Part shown: piece after piece, positions 21,727 through 31,235 of the stretch | Numbering within the stretch: the first letter of the stretch is position 1 | Layout: the number at the start of each line of letters is the position of its first letter | Source: an uncultured Spirochaetota bacterium | GTDB lineage: Bacteria; Spirochaetota; Spirochaetia; SZUA-6; Fen-1364 | Length of the DNA stretch: 64,000 nucleotides | Assembly: GCA_963781885.1 (NCBI GenBank) | Contig: CAWAHW010000005.1 | Coordinates: forward strand, 32,001-96,000 | Reading direction: 5' to 3' | Made by a program: the position numbers and the translations under genes | Notes under the pieces: generated by a model | Seen by the model: the letters and a program-made list of their open reading frames with translations, nothing else | What the model was told of the DNA's origin: nothing | The model's database searches: none

Positions 21727-23088
21727 ATGGGCGTTTTCGACAAGTACACCGCGGTGCTGGAGGACCTGGACCCCATCAAGTTCACGGGCGTCGTGGAGAA
21801 GGTCCAGGGACTGCTCATCGAGGCGATCGGACCCTCCGCGCAAGTCGGTGAGCTCTGCCAGATCCTCGTGCCGAAGGGGCGCGGCGTCGTATGGGCGGAA
21901 GTGGTGGGCCTGCGGGGCAGGACCGTGCAGCTCATGCCCTACGATGAAATGGAAGGAATCGAGATCGGCAACATCGTCATCGGCATGGGGGAAACGCCGC
22001 GCGTGGCGGTGTCCCCGAAGCTGCTCGGCCGGACGCTCGACTCGATGGGAAAGCCCATCGACGGGAAGGGCGACATCGGGTCGGAGGAGTGGTACCCGGC
22101 CTTCAATACGCCGCCGGACGTGCTGAAGCGCACGCGTATCCGCGACATCCTCACCACGGGCGTGCGCTCCATCGACTCCCTCCTCACCGTGGGAAAAGGG
22201 CAGCGCATGGGAATATTCGCCGGCAGCGGAATCGGCAAGTCGACGCTGCTGGGCATGATCGCGCGCAACACCACCGCGGACGTGAACGTGATCGCGCTGA
22301 TCGGCGAGCGCGGCCGCGAGGTGCGCGAGTTCATCGAGAATGACCTTGGGCCGGAGGGCCTCGCGCGCTCGGTCATCGTGGTCTCCTCCTCCAACAAGCC
22401 CCCCCTGGCGCGTATTCGCGGCGCCTACGTCGCCACGGCGGTCGCTGAGTACTTCCGCGACCAGGGGAAGGACGTGATGCTCCTCTTCGATTCGGTCACG
22501 CGTTTCGCCCGCGCCCAGCGCGAGATAGGCCTCGCCATTGGCGAGCCTCCCGCCAACAGGGGCTTTACGCCGTCGGTTTTCTCCCTCCTTCCGAAGCTGC
22601 TGGAGCGCAGCGGCACCTCCGACAAGGGAAGCATCACCGGCTTCTACACCATCCTCGTGGAGGGCGACGACATCGACGACCCGGTCTCCGACAATGTCCG
22701 CGGCATCCTTGACGGTCATATCATCCTCACGCGCAAGCTCGCCGCCCGCAATCACTATCCGGCCGTGGACGTGCTGCAGAGCATCTCGCGGCTGGCCATC
22801 ACGGTGACGGGGCCGCGCACGCGCGAGGCGTGCGGCAAGATTCGCAGTCTCATGGCCGTCTACGCGGGGGCGGAAGACCTCATCAGCGTGGGCGCCTACG
22901 TGAAGGGGAGCAACGCCGAGATCGACGAGGCCATCGACAAGTACCAGGACATCGAGAGATACCTCATCCAGCGCATCGAAGAGAAGGCGCCCCTTTCGGA
23001 GACGCTGCGGATGGCGGGGAAGATCGCGGGAATAGAGATCCCGGAAATGGAGCTCGCGGAACATGCGGCGGTTCCAGTTCAGGCTTGA
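21727..23088 (+). CDS. fliI: flagellar export ATPase FliI
   Basis: AGSGIGKST, GERGREVREF, DSVTRFA. Confidence 0.97.
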   Translation: MGVFDKYTAVLEDLDPIKFTGVVEKVQGLLIEAIGPSAQVGELCQILVPKGRGVVWAEVVGLRGRTVQLMPYDEMEGIEIGNIVIGMGETPRVAVSPKLLGRTLDSMGKPIDGKGDIGSEEWYPAFNTPPDVLKRTRIRDILTTGVRSIDSLLTVGKGQRMGIFAGSGIGKSTLLGMIARNTTADVNVIALIGERGREVREFIENDLGPEGLARSVIVVSSSNKPPLARIRGAYVATAVAEYFRDQGKDVMLLFDSVTRFARAQREIGLAIGEPPANRGFTPSVFSLLPKLLERSGTSDKGSITGFYTILVEGDDIDDPVSDNVRGILDGHIILTRKLAARNHYPAVDVLQSISRLAITVTGPRTREACGKIRSLMAVYAGAEDLISVGAYVKGSNAEIDEAIDKYQDIERYLIQRIEEKAPLSETLRMAGKIAGIEIPEMELAEHAAVPVQA

Positions 23089-23530
23089 GCGCTTTCTCGA
23101 GCTGCGCCGCTGGAAGGAGCGCCAGTGGGAGATCGCCCTGGCGAAAATCCTCGGCGAATGCCTGCGCCTGGAGCGCCGGATCGAGCAGATCGGGGAGGAG
23201 ATCGGCGCCAGCCGGCTCGTGGCGTACACGGAAGGCGTGCGCATCGACGTGGAGGCCATGGCGCGTCGGGATCATTACGTGCTGCGGCTCGCCAAAGAGC
23301 GCGAGCGCACGCGGGAGATTCTCACGGTGAAGCGCATGGAGATGGAGAAGGTGCGGGCGAGCTACCTCGAGGCCTCCAAGGAGCGCAAGGTGCTCGACAA
23401 GCTGAAGGAGCGCAGGTCCGACGAATACTACGAGCACCAGCTCGATGAGGAGTTCAAGAGCATCGACGATATGAGCACGTCCGCGGCGGTGAACGCGCGG
23501 CGCGCCGAGGTGGTTGAGACGATACGTTGA
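23063..23530 (+). CDS. fliJ: flagellar export protein FliJ
   Basis: MRRFQFRLERFL N-terminus, coiled coil, ERKVLDKLKE. Confidence 0.9.
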   Translation: MRRFQFRLERFLELRRWKERQWEIALAKILGECLRLERRIEQIGEEIGASRLVAYTEGVRIDVEAMARRDHYVLRLAKERERTREILTVKRMEMEKVRASYLEASKERKVLDKLKERRSDEYYEHQLDEEFKSIDDMSTSAAVNARRAEVVETIR

Positions 23531-23554
23531 CGCGCGGCGCGCCGCAGGCGCAAT

Positions 23555-23642
23555 GAATCCGCGGGGTACCGCGGCGCGAATCCGCGGGGTACCGCGGCGC
23601 GAATCCGCGGGGTACCGCGGCGCGAATCCGCGGGGTACCGCG
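23555..23642 (+). repeat. tandem array of about 3.8 perfect 23-bp hairpin units
   Basis: GAATCCGCGGGGTACCGCGGCGC at 23555, 23578, 23601 and partial at 23624. Confidence 0.95.
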
Positions 23643-23670
23643 ATGCGACCACACGAACGGGGAGGGGGAT

Positions 23671-24294
23671 GTGGCAGAGTTGTCCGAAGTTCGACCGGGT
23701 GTGAGAATATTCATTCTTTTTCTTCTCATCATCGTGCTCTCGCTCGGTGGGATCATCTGGTTCGACTATCTCGGCATCGTGGACGCCCGGTCCATGATTT
23801 CTCCCGTCTACCAGCTCCTGGGTCTGGGAAAGCGCAGCGCGGTCGCCAGCGCCGATGACCCGAACCTGCTGGACAAGGAAAGGCTCGCCAAGCAGCAGGA
23901 CTCGCTCGTCCTCCTCCAACAGGACCTCGATACGCGCGCGGCCGCTCTCGACCAGAAGGAGAAGCAGCTCAACCAGCTCGGGCAGGATTTGAACGACCGG
24001 CAGGCCGCGCTCGATGCCCAGCAAAAAGCGCTAAGTGACGCGCAGAAATCGCTCGATGATAGGAGAGTGAACCTGGAGCAGAACGCCGTGTACCTCACGA
24101 CGATGGCTCCGGCGAACGCGATCGCGATCCTTCTGAAGCAGGACGATCAGTACGTGATCGACACCTTCCGGATCGTCGACGCCCAGGCTTTGAAGGCAGG
24201 CACGGATTCCGTCGTGCCGATATGGCTTTCGTTGATGCCTCCCGACAGGGCTGCAACGCTGCAGCGAAAGATGGCGGGGCAAACAGGAGGGTAG
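23671..24294 (+). CDS. flbB: periplasmic flagellar collar protein FlbB
   Basis: N-terminal TM (GGIIWFDYLG), coiled coil, C-terminal WLSLMPPDRAATLQRKM; position after fliJ. Confidence 0.88.
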   Translation: MAELSEVRPGVRIFILFLLIIVLSLGGIIWFDYLGIVDARSMISPVYQLLGLGKRSAVASADDPNLLDKERLAKQQDSLVLLQQDLDTRAAALDQKEKQLNQLGQDLNDRQAALDAQQKALSDAQKSLDDRRVNLEQNAVYLTTMAPANAIAILLKQDDQYVIDTFRIVDAQALKAGTDSVVPIWLSLMPPDRAATLQRKMAGQTGG

Positions 24295-24295
24295 G

Positions 24296-25432
24296 GTGAA
24301 GGCAATGGCGCCCCAGGCGCCCGTTTCTCCGGGAAAGAAGAAGCGGCAAAACACCGGGTGCGAAGGGTCTGCCCTCCGCGCTCGCCTTTTCGCCGAATAA
24401 GGGGAAAACGAGCTTCTCCACCCTCATGGGCGTCCGTCTTGCCGCATTGGGGGCGCAGAAAGGGCTCGCTGCCTCCCGGGAAAACGCCCACCTCCTCCTT
24501 GTGAAGACAGTAACACTCGCCGTCGCCCATTCTGACGGCAAAAAGATGCCCCTTCCGAGCCTGCCCGCGCAACAGGCGAACCGGCAGGCCCCGGCGGGCC
24601 TTCCGGCCGTCAACGACAAGACCGATGCACGCAAGAAAACGAACGTGTCGCACGCCGCGGCGACTCTGCCGACCGGGCTCACATCCGTCGGTTCTGCGCC
24701 CCTGCAAGGCGGCGTGAAGATCGCGGATGCGAAAAAGCCCGAGCCTGCCGCCCCCGCGACGGCTCCTGCGGCCGATGCAAAGACCGTCGCGGCGCATCAC
24801 GCCGAGCAGGTCGTGCGTGTCGTGGACCAGCGCAGCAAGCCGAAGACGGAAGAGGCGCGCACGACGCAGCCCGGCGGGCCTTCCGCGCCCGCGCCGGAGC
24901 TTCCGACCGGGACATGAGCGTATCGTTCACGCAGAGACCCGCGTCGGTGAGCGACATGCCCGCCGACGCGCCACAGAAGCCGGCCCCCGCGGCCCCCAGC
25001 ACGCAGACGACGCTGGAGAGGCTCCGGGACATGCCGGGCTCCGATCTTCTGCGCGCGGCGAATCTCGTGCTGAAGGACGGCGGCGGAGAGATCAAGCTGG
25101 TGTTGAAACCGGACTCGCTGGGAAGCGTGAGGGTCCGCATGAATCTCGTCGATAATGTCATTGATGGCAAGATCATCGTGGACAGCTCCAGCGTGAAACA
25201 GGTCGTGGATGGCAGCATCGACGCGCTGCGCCGGGCGCTCACGGCAGAGGGATTCCAGACCGGCTCCCTCCAGGTTTCCGTCGGGGGGCAGAACACGGAC
25301 GCCGACGCCCGTCGGGAACAGGAGCAGCAGCCGCAGGCCGTCCGGCGGATCACGGCACAGGGCTTTGACCCGAACATCCCGGGGATCGAAAACCTCAGTC
25401 TCGGGGATCTTCTGGTGAACGTGTTTGTATAG
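24296..25432 (+). CDS. fliK: flagellar hook-length control protein FliK (apparent indels ~24342 and ~24902)
   Basis: low-complexity N-terminus; C-terminal GEIKLVLKPDSLGSVRV domain; upstream of flgD. Confidence 0.8.
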
Positions 25433-25531
25433 GGCGCCGCGGTAGGCCGCGGATTCGGGCGCCGCGGTAGGCCGCGGATTCGGGCGCCGCGGTAGGCCGC
25501 GGATTCGGGCGCCGCGGTAGGCCGCGGATTC
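25432..25531 (-). repeat. tandem array of four perfect 25-bp hairpin units (inverted relative to the 23555 array)
   Basis: GGGCGCCGCGGTAGGCCGCGGATTC x4; reverse complement GAATCCGCGGCCTACCGCGGCGCCC. Confidence 0.95.
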
Positions 25532-25571
25532 CAGGATGCGCGCCAGGTTTGGCGCGCCGGGGAGGAAGGCT

Positions 25572-26024
25572 ATGGACATTTCGCTTTCGTTGTCGCCGCA
25601 GGAGCAGGCAAAGGTTGCCGGGGAGGTGAACTCCTTCAACAAGACGCTCAATGACGGCAAGGGTTCGAAGGCGAGCACCGTGCTGGACAAGAACGACTTC
25701 CTGAAGATCCTCATCACCCAGCTCAGCCACCAGGACCCCACCCAGCCCATGGACGACAAGGAGTTCGTGGCGCAAATGGCGCAGTTCTCCAGTCTCGAGC
25801 AGATGACGAACATGTCGGAAGGCCTTACGAAAGTCGCGGACCTGCTGGCCCGCACACAGGCCATCAGCATGCTGGGAAGCTCCGTGGACATCGACACCGG
25901 CAACGACACCGTGTCGGGCGTCGTGGATGCGGTCACGGGCGGGCAGTTTCCCCAGTTGCTGGTAAACGGGCAATACTACGACGCGGCGCAGGTCCTCAAG
26001 GTCAAGACGGGCGTGAAGGAGTAA
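25572..26024 (+). CDS. flgD: flagellar hook capping protein FlgD
   Basis: DFLKILITQLSHQDPTQPMDD, QMAQFSSLEQM; start ATG 25572. Confidence 0.95.
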   Translation: MDISLSLSPQEQAKVAGEVNSFNKTLNDGKGSKASTVLDKNDFLKILITQLSHQDPTQPMDDKEFVAQMAQFSSLEQMTNMSEGLTKVADLLARTQAISMLGSSVDIDTGNDTVSGVVDAVTGGQFPQLLVNGQYYDAAQVLKVKTGVKE

Positions 26025-26030
26025 CGGGAT

Positions 26031-27419
26031 ATGATGCGATCGCTCTGGGCCGGCGTCTCCGGCCTCCAAAACCACCAGACGCGCATGGACGTGCTTGGAA
26101 ACAACATCGCCAATGTGAACACCAACGGCTTCAAGAAGGGTCGGGTGACCTTCCAGGACATGCTGTCCCAGACGCTCGCCGGCGCGGCGCGCCCCACCGA
26201 TGAAGTCGGCGGCGTGAACCCGCAGCAGGTCGGCCTGGGAATGCAGGTGGCGTCCATCGACACCATCCATACCCAGGGCGCCCTGCAGTCCACGGGCGTC
26301 ATGACGGACGTTGCCCTCCAGGGCAATGGATTCTTCATCCTGAACGATGGCGACAAGCGCTACTACACGCGCAACGGCGCCTTCGGGCTCGATCAGGACG
26401 GGCGCCTGGTGAATCCCGCGGACGGCATGAAGGTGCAGGGCTGGATGGCGCAGACCGTCGGCGGCCAGACCTTCGTCAACAACGCGGCCGACATCCAGGA
26501 CCTCGTCATCCCCGTGGGGAGCAAGGATCCTGCCCAGGCCACCACCGCCGTCTGGTTCGCCTCGAACCTCGACAAGCGCACGCCTGAAATCCCCGCGGGA
26601 GCCACCGCGCAGACCATCGCGGCGGGCACCTGGCAGACCACATTCGACCTCTACGATTCCTTCGGTCGGGTCCACAAGCTGCAGGTGAACTTCACGAAGG
26701 TGCCCGGCATCGCCAACAGGTGGCAGGCGGAAGTGAGCGTCGACCCCGCCGCGCAGACGAACACCAACACGCGCGTGCAGATCGGAAACGGCGCGCAGAA
26801 CGGCAACACCTTCCAGATCGACTTCGACAATCTCGGCGCTCTGGCCGACGTGCGGGATGCGCAGGGCAACGTGATCAACAACGGCGCGCTCCAGGCGGCG
26901 GTTGCCTATGATGTTCCTGATGCCACCCTGCCCCCCGGCGCGGCCGCCGTGCGGCAGACCTTCAATCTGAACCTGGGCAGCGTCGGGGCTTACCGCGACG
27001 CCATCACACAGTTCGGCGACCAGAGCTCGACCAAGGCCATCCGGCAGGACGGCTACGGCATGGGCTACCTGGAGACGTTCAAGATCGACCAGTCGGGCAC
27101 GATCACGGGTGTCTATACCAACGGCTCCAACAGGACCATCGGTCAGATCGCCCTGGGCTCCTTCACGAACCCCGGCGGTCTGGAGAAGGCGGGTGAGAAC
27201 ACCTACACGGTGTCCAACAACTCCGGTACGGCGAACATCGGCGCCTCGGGCACGGCGGGAAAGGGAAAGGTGATCGCGGGAACCCTGGAGATGTCCAACG
27301 TGGACCTCGCCGAGCAGTTCACCGACATGATCGTCACGGAGCGCGGCTTCCAGGCGAACTCGCGCACCATCACGACATCCGACCAGATGCTCCAGGAGCT
27401 TCTGCAGCTGAAGAGGTAG
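26031..27419 (+). CDS. flgE: flagellar hook protein FlgE
   Basis: [29 protein letters not shown]. Confidence 0.97.
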   Translation: MMRSLWAGVSGLQNHQTRMDVLGNNIANVNTNGFKKGRVTFQDMLSQTLAGAARPTDEVGGVNPQQVGLGMQVASIDTIHTQGALQSTGVMTDVALQGNGFFILNDGDKRYYTRNGAFGLDQDGRLVNPADGMKVQGWMAQTVGGQTFVNNAADIQDLVIPVGSKDPAQATTAVWFASNLDKRTPEIPAGATAQTIAAGTWQTTFDLYDSFGRVHKLQVNFTKVPGIANRWQAEVSVDPAAQTNTNTRVQIGNGAQNGNTFQIDFDNLGALADVRDAQGNVINNGALQAAVAYDVPDATLPPGAAAVRQTFNLNLGSVGAYRDAITQFGDQSSTKAIRQDGYGMGYLETFKIDQSGTITGVYTNGSNRTIGQIALGSFTNPGGLEKAGENTYTVSNNSGTANIGASGTAGKGKVIAGTLEMSNVDLAEQFTDMIVTERGFQANSRTITTSDQMLQELLQLKR

Positions 27420-27450
27420 GGGAAACAATAATGCGGGGGGGACGGCCGCC

Positions 27451-27474
27451 AAATGCCGTAAGCTCACGGCCGCC
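27451..27474 (+). repeat. single AAAT-footed hairpin (REP-like family)
   Basis: AAAT-GCCGT-AAGCTC-ACGGC, compensatory variant of minus-strand AAAT-GCCGC-AAGCTC-GCGGC at 43390-43409. Confidence 0.65.
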
Positions 27475-27487
27475 ATAAGGAGACTCG

Positions 27488-27685
27488 ATGGTTGAGGTGA
27501 CGCGGCTGGACGGGAAGACGTACTACGTCAACCCGCACCAGATCGAGTACATCGAGAGCAATCCCGATACGACACTCATCATGCAGTCCGGTAAAAGGCT
27601 GGTAGTCCGCGAGGACTACCAGACTGTTTTTTCACGCATCGTGGAATATCGCAGGCTCATCGGCGCGTTCAAGAACGAGGAATGA
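27488..27685 (+). CDS. flbD: flagellar protein FlbD
   Basis: VTRLDG...VNPHQIEYIESNPDT; after flgE. Confidence 0.93.
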   Translation: MVEVTRLDGKTYYVNPHQIEYIESNPDTTLIMQSGKRLVVREDYQTVFSRIVEYRRLIGAFKNEE

Positions 27686-27694
27686 ATCGTGCTG

Positions 27695-27724
27695 TTGCGC
27701 TGAAATGTATTCCTGTGATATGAT
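27695..27724 (+). promoter_or_regulatory. putative internal sigma70 promoter for fliL
   Basis: TTGCGC (27695-27700) and extended -10 TGaTATGAT (27716-27724), followed by a GGAGG RBS. Confidence 0.5.
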
Positions 27725-27741
27725 CTGGAGGGGGGGAGGGG

Positions 27742-28296
27742 ATGTCTGACGAACAGCAGGACTTGAATCTCGAGGACGTGGGAGCCGGGGCGGAAGACGC
27801 GGCGGGTCCCCGCAGGGGCGGGTTCCTCTCTGGAGCGCTGCTCAATATCCTCAAGTGGGCGGCCATCGGCATCGGCGCCGTCATCATCGTCGTCACCACC
27901 ACCGTGATCACCGTCCGCATCGTGAGCAAGGGCAACCAGCAGCAGGGGCTTGCGGCCATCTCCCCGGAGTACGCCACGAAGCAGGCGCCGCTCGCGTCGT
28001 TCGACGATATCGAGCAGATCCGCGGCCAGACCGCCGACGACCCGCCGGCCATCTTTCTCCTGCAAGTGAGCCTTGCCTATGACGCGAACGACAAGCTCAT
28101 CGGACCCGAGATCGGCGGCCGCAAGCGCCAGCTCCAGAGCCTCATCCTCACCGATATCTCCCAGAAAAGCGCGGCGGACCTCGTACCCGCCAACTACACG
28201 AAGCTCCAGGCCGAGCTCCTGGACATCATCAACAGCGTGATGAAGGACGGCAAGGTGCAGGGCGTGATGTTCCGGCAGTTCGTGGTGCAAAAATGA
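27742..28296 (+). CDS. fliL: flagellar basal body protein FliL
   Basis: single N-terminal TM, spirochaete-type FliL domain, directly before fliM. Confidence 0.85.
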   Translation: MSDEQQDLNLEDVGAGAEDAAGPRRGGFLSGALLNILKWAAIGIGAVIIVVTTTVITVRIVSKGNQQQGLAAISPEYATKQAPLASFDDIEQIRGQTADDPPAIFLLQVSLAYDANDKLIGPEIGGRKRQLQSLILTDISQKSAADLVPANYTKLQAELLDIINSVMKDGKVQGVMFRQFVVQK

Positions 28297-29324
28297 CGGA
28301 AGTCCTCTCCCAGGATGAGATAGACCAGCTTCTCACTGCGATCTCATCGGGCGAGGTGGCCACGGAGGAAGTCAGTGCGCCCGCGGACCAGCGCAAGATC
28401 AAGATCTACGACTTCAAGAGGCCCGACAAGTTCTCCAAGGACCAGATCCGCACCGTTTCCATCATGCATGAGACGTTCGCGCGCCAGACAACGACGGCGC
28501 TGTCGTCCCAGCTGCGCAGCCTTGCGCACGTGCACGTCGCTTCGGTTGACCAGCTCACCTATGAGGAGTTCATCCGCTCCATCCCGAACCCGACCACCAT
28601 TGCGGTCATCAACATGGACCCGCTGAAAGGCTCGGCGATCCTGGAGATCGACCCGGCGGTCACTTTCTCCATCATCGACCGCCTGTTCGGCGGCCCGGGG
28701 GAAGGGGCGAAGTTCACCCGCGAGCTCACCGACATCGAGCAGTCCGTCATCGAAGGGATCATCGTCCGCATCCTCGGCAACCTGCGCGAAGCGTGGGCCA
28801 CCGTCATCGACCTGCGGCCGCGGCTGGGCCAGATCGAGACGAACCCCAACTTCGCCCAGATCGTTCCGCCGACGGAGATGGTCGTGCTCGTCACGCTGGA
28901 GACCAAGGTGGGCGAGGTGGAAGGGATGATGAACTTCTGCATCCCCTATCTCACCATCGAGCCGATCATCCCCAAGCTCTCCGCCCAGTACGTCTACTCC
29001 TCCATGCGGCGCGGCACGACGACGGAGAACCTGAGCCTCCTCCGCGATCGTCTGGCGGGCATCGAGATCGCGCTCGTCGCGGAGGTGGGGTCCATCGACA
29101 TCACCATGCGCGACGTCCTCACGCTCCGCACGGGCGACATCATCAGGCTCCAGAACGTCCGCGTGAGCGACCCCATGATGCTGAAGATCGGCGACCGCAA
29201 GAAGTTCGTCTGCCGGCCCGGGGTGGTCGGCAACAAGATCGCCGTGCAGGTGCTGAAGAAGCTGGAAGACATCGAGCAGGCAGAGTTCGAAGAGCTCATC
29301 GCGGATGAGGGAGAAGAAGCATGA
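28293..29324 (+). CDS. fliM: flagellar motor switch protein FliM
   Basis: VLSQDEIDQLL, YDFKRPDKFSKDQ. Confidence 0.97.
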   Translation: MTEVLSQDEIDQLLTAISSGEVATEEVSAPADQRKIKIYDFKRPDKFSKDQIRTVSIMHETFARQTTTALSSQLRSLAHVHVASVDQLTYEEFIRSIPNPTTIAVINMDPLKGSAILEIDPAVTFSIIDRLFGGPGEGAKFTRELTDIEQSVIEGIIVRILGNLREAWATVIDLRPRLGQIETNPNFAQIVPPTEMVVLVTLETKVGEVEGMMNFCIPYLTIEPIIPKLSAQYVYSSMRRGTTTENLSLLRDRLAGIEIALVAEVGSIDITMRDVLTLRTGDIIRLQNVRVSDPMMLKIGDRKKFVCRPGVVGNKIAVQVLKKLEDIEQAEFEELIADEGEEA

Positions 29325-30481
29325 GTGACGGTTCACTCTCGCAGGACGAAATAGACGCCCTGTTGCAGGGGACGGATGCGATCGAGATGGACACCGGGGC
29401 AGGCCCGGCCTCTTCTCCGCTTTCCGACGGCGAGCGCAGCGCGCTCCAGGAGATGCTCCGCGGAATCACGGAGAGCCAGGGCTCCAACCTCTCCATCCTC
29501 ACGGGCAAGACCGTTTCCATCGGCGACCCGACGGTCAAGGTGCGGCCGCCGACCGAGCTCCTGAGCGGCCAGCCGGAAGACGTCGTGGATGTGCGCGTGG
29601 ACCTCACCGACGGCCTCCAGGGGGAGCATTCCTACGTCGTGCCCGCCGCCGTGGCAGGCAATGTCGCCGGGCTCATGATGGGACAACCGGGTGGGGAGCT
29701 GGACGAGGCGTCCCTGTCGGCGGTGGCGGAGGCGATCTCCCAGATCACCGGCACCGCGGCAACCGCCATTGGCAACCAGGTGGGCCGGATGGTGAAGACG
29801 GCTCCTCCGGACCTGCGCCAGGCCAAACGCGCGCAGATCCGCGTTCCGCAGGGCGATTATTGCGTGACGGTGGAGTACCCCATCTCCATAGAAGGTTTCC
29901 CCACGGCCACGCTCACCGAGGTGTTCTCCCTGTCCCTGGCGAAAGAGATACTCTCCCTGTCCGCCGGCGGGGGGGCGGGGCAGGACCCGTTCGCCGCCGC
30001 GGGCATGTCGTCCGCGCCGGCACCCGCGCAGCCGGCCCAGAGGCCGGCACAGCGCGCGCAGCCCCAACCGCAGCAGCAGTCGGGATTTGGCGGTCAGCAG
30101 GGTTACCAGCAGACATTCGGCCAGACATTCGGCGGTCCCGCGCAGGGCCCGACAATGGCGCCGCCGAACGTGCAGCCCGTCCAGTTCGCCAATCTCCAGC
30201 CCATGCAGATGGGCGGGGAGCAGGGCAACATCGGTCTCCTCATGGACGTCTACATGGAGATGACCGTGGAGCTGGGCCGCACGCGCAAGCGCATCAAGGA
30301 TATCCTGGGGATCGGAGAGGGCACGATCATCGAGCTGGACAAGCTCGCCGGCGAGCCCGTCGACATCCTCGTGAATCACAAGCTCATCGCGAAGGGGGAA
30401 GTGGTTGTCATCGACGAAAACTTCGGCGTGCGCGTCACGGAGATCGTATCGCAGATAGACCGGATGAATGAGCTGACATAG
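29321..30481 (+). CDS. fliY: flagellar motor switch protein FliY (CheC-like plus FliN/SpoA domain)
   Basis: LSQDEIDALL N-terminus; C-terminal LDKLAGEPVDILVN...GEVVVIDENFGVR. Confidence 0.9.
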   Translation: MSDGSLSQDEIDALLQGTDAIEMDTGAGPASSPLSDGERSALQEMLRGITESQGSNLSILTGKTVSIGDPTVKVRPPTELLSGQPEDVVDVRVDLTDGLQGEHSYVVPAAVAGNVAGLMMGQPGGELDEASLSAVAEAISQITGTAATAIGNQVGRMVKTAPPDLRQAKRAQIRVPQGDYCVTVEYPISIEGFPTATLTEVFSLSLAKEILSLSAGGGAGQDPFAAAGMSSAPAPAQPAQRPAQRAQPQPQQQSGFGGQQGYQQTFGQTFGGPAQGPTMAPPNVQPVQFANLQPMQMGGEQGNIGLLMDVYMEMTVELGRTRKRIKDILGIGEGTIIELDKLAGEPVDILVNHKLIAKGEVVVIDENFGVRVTEIVSQIDRMNELT

Positions 30482-30488
30482 GGACATA

Positions 30489-30533
30489 CCGCGCGGGAAC
30501 GCGCGGGCAAAGATAGACCGCGCGAAAGCGCGG
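30489..30533 (+). other. twin GC hairpins with GNRA tetraloops
   Basis: CCGCGCG-GGAA-CGCGCGG (30489-30506) and CCGCGC-GAAA-GCGCGG (30518-30533). Confidence 0.6.
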
Positions 30534-30572
30534 GCATCAGGTTCGATTTCAGATTTAACTGGGAGGGGAAAT

Positions 30573-31235
30573 CTGAAAAAGCAAACATTACGCGCGGCAT
30601 GCGCCGCATGCGCGCTTGCACTCGCCTTGCAGCCCCTGGCTGCGCAGGCGAAACTGATCACGGGAAGCGCCGGCACGGAGTCGACTCCGACCGCCGGGGC
30701 GTCTTCATCTTCGGCGGGAGCCATCGCCCCGGCAAAAGCGCTCGACGAATCGCAGATACCGCTGGGAGCCGCGGCGAACCCCGCCACGGGCCAGACGCAG
30801 ACCGCGCCGACCGCGGGGGTCTCCACGTGGGACTTCCTCCGCATGCTCCTGATCCTCGCGTGCGTGATCGGCGTCATCTACTTCCTGTTCTGGCTCCTGC
30901 GGCGCGGCGCGGGCAAGAAGATCCAGGAGAACGACCTGATCCACGTGCTGGGCTCGCGCGGGCTCTCCGGCAATCGCGCGCTCCACCTCGTGGAGGTTGG
31001 GTCGAGCATCTACCTCGTGGGTTCTTCCGACGGCGGCGTCGAGCTGATCTCCGAGATCACCGAAAAGGAGAGCCTGGACGCCCTGCGCCTGAAAGCGGCG
31101 GAGCAGTCGCCCGCGGGCCGTCGCACGTTCCAGCAGATACTCTCCGAGATCTTCCGCCCCGCCAAGCGGAACTTCTCCATCGGCGAGGGCATCGGCCTGC
31201 TCAAGGGCCAGCGCGAGAGGCTGCGGAAGCTATGA
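30573..31235 (+). CDS. fliO: flagellar biosynthesis protein FliO/FliZ
   Basis: signal-peptide-like N-terminus from CTG 30573, TM, LHLVEVG...LVGSSDGGVELISEI; before fliP. Confidence 0.85.
   Translation: MKKQTLRAACAACALALALQPLAAQAKLITGSAGTESTPTAGASSSSAGAIAPAKALDESQIPLGAAANPATGQTQTAPTAGVSTWDFLRMLLILACVIGVIYFLFWLLRRGAGKKIQENDLIHVLGSRGLSGNRALHLVEVGSSIYLVGSSDGGVELISEITEKESLDALRLKAAEQSPAGRRTFQQILSEIFRPAKRNFSIGEGIGLLKGQRERLRKL

Noticed and set aside
23555-25531. Palindromic 23-27 bp repeat arrays (also 6675 and 20709) as CRISPR arrays
   Set aside because: Units are head-to-tail with no unique spacers, and there is no leader or cas gene in the window.
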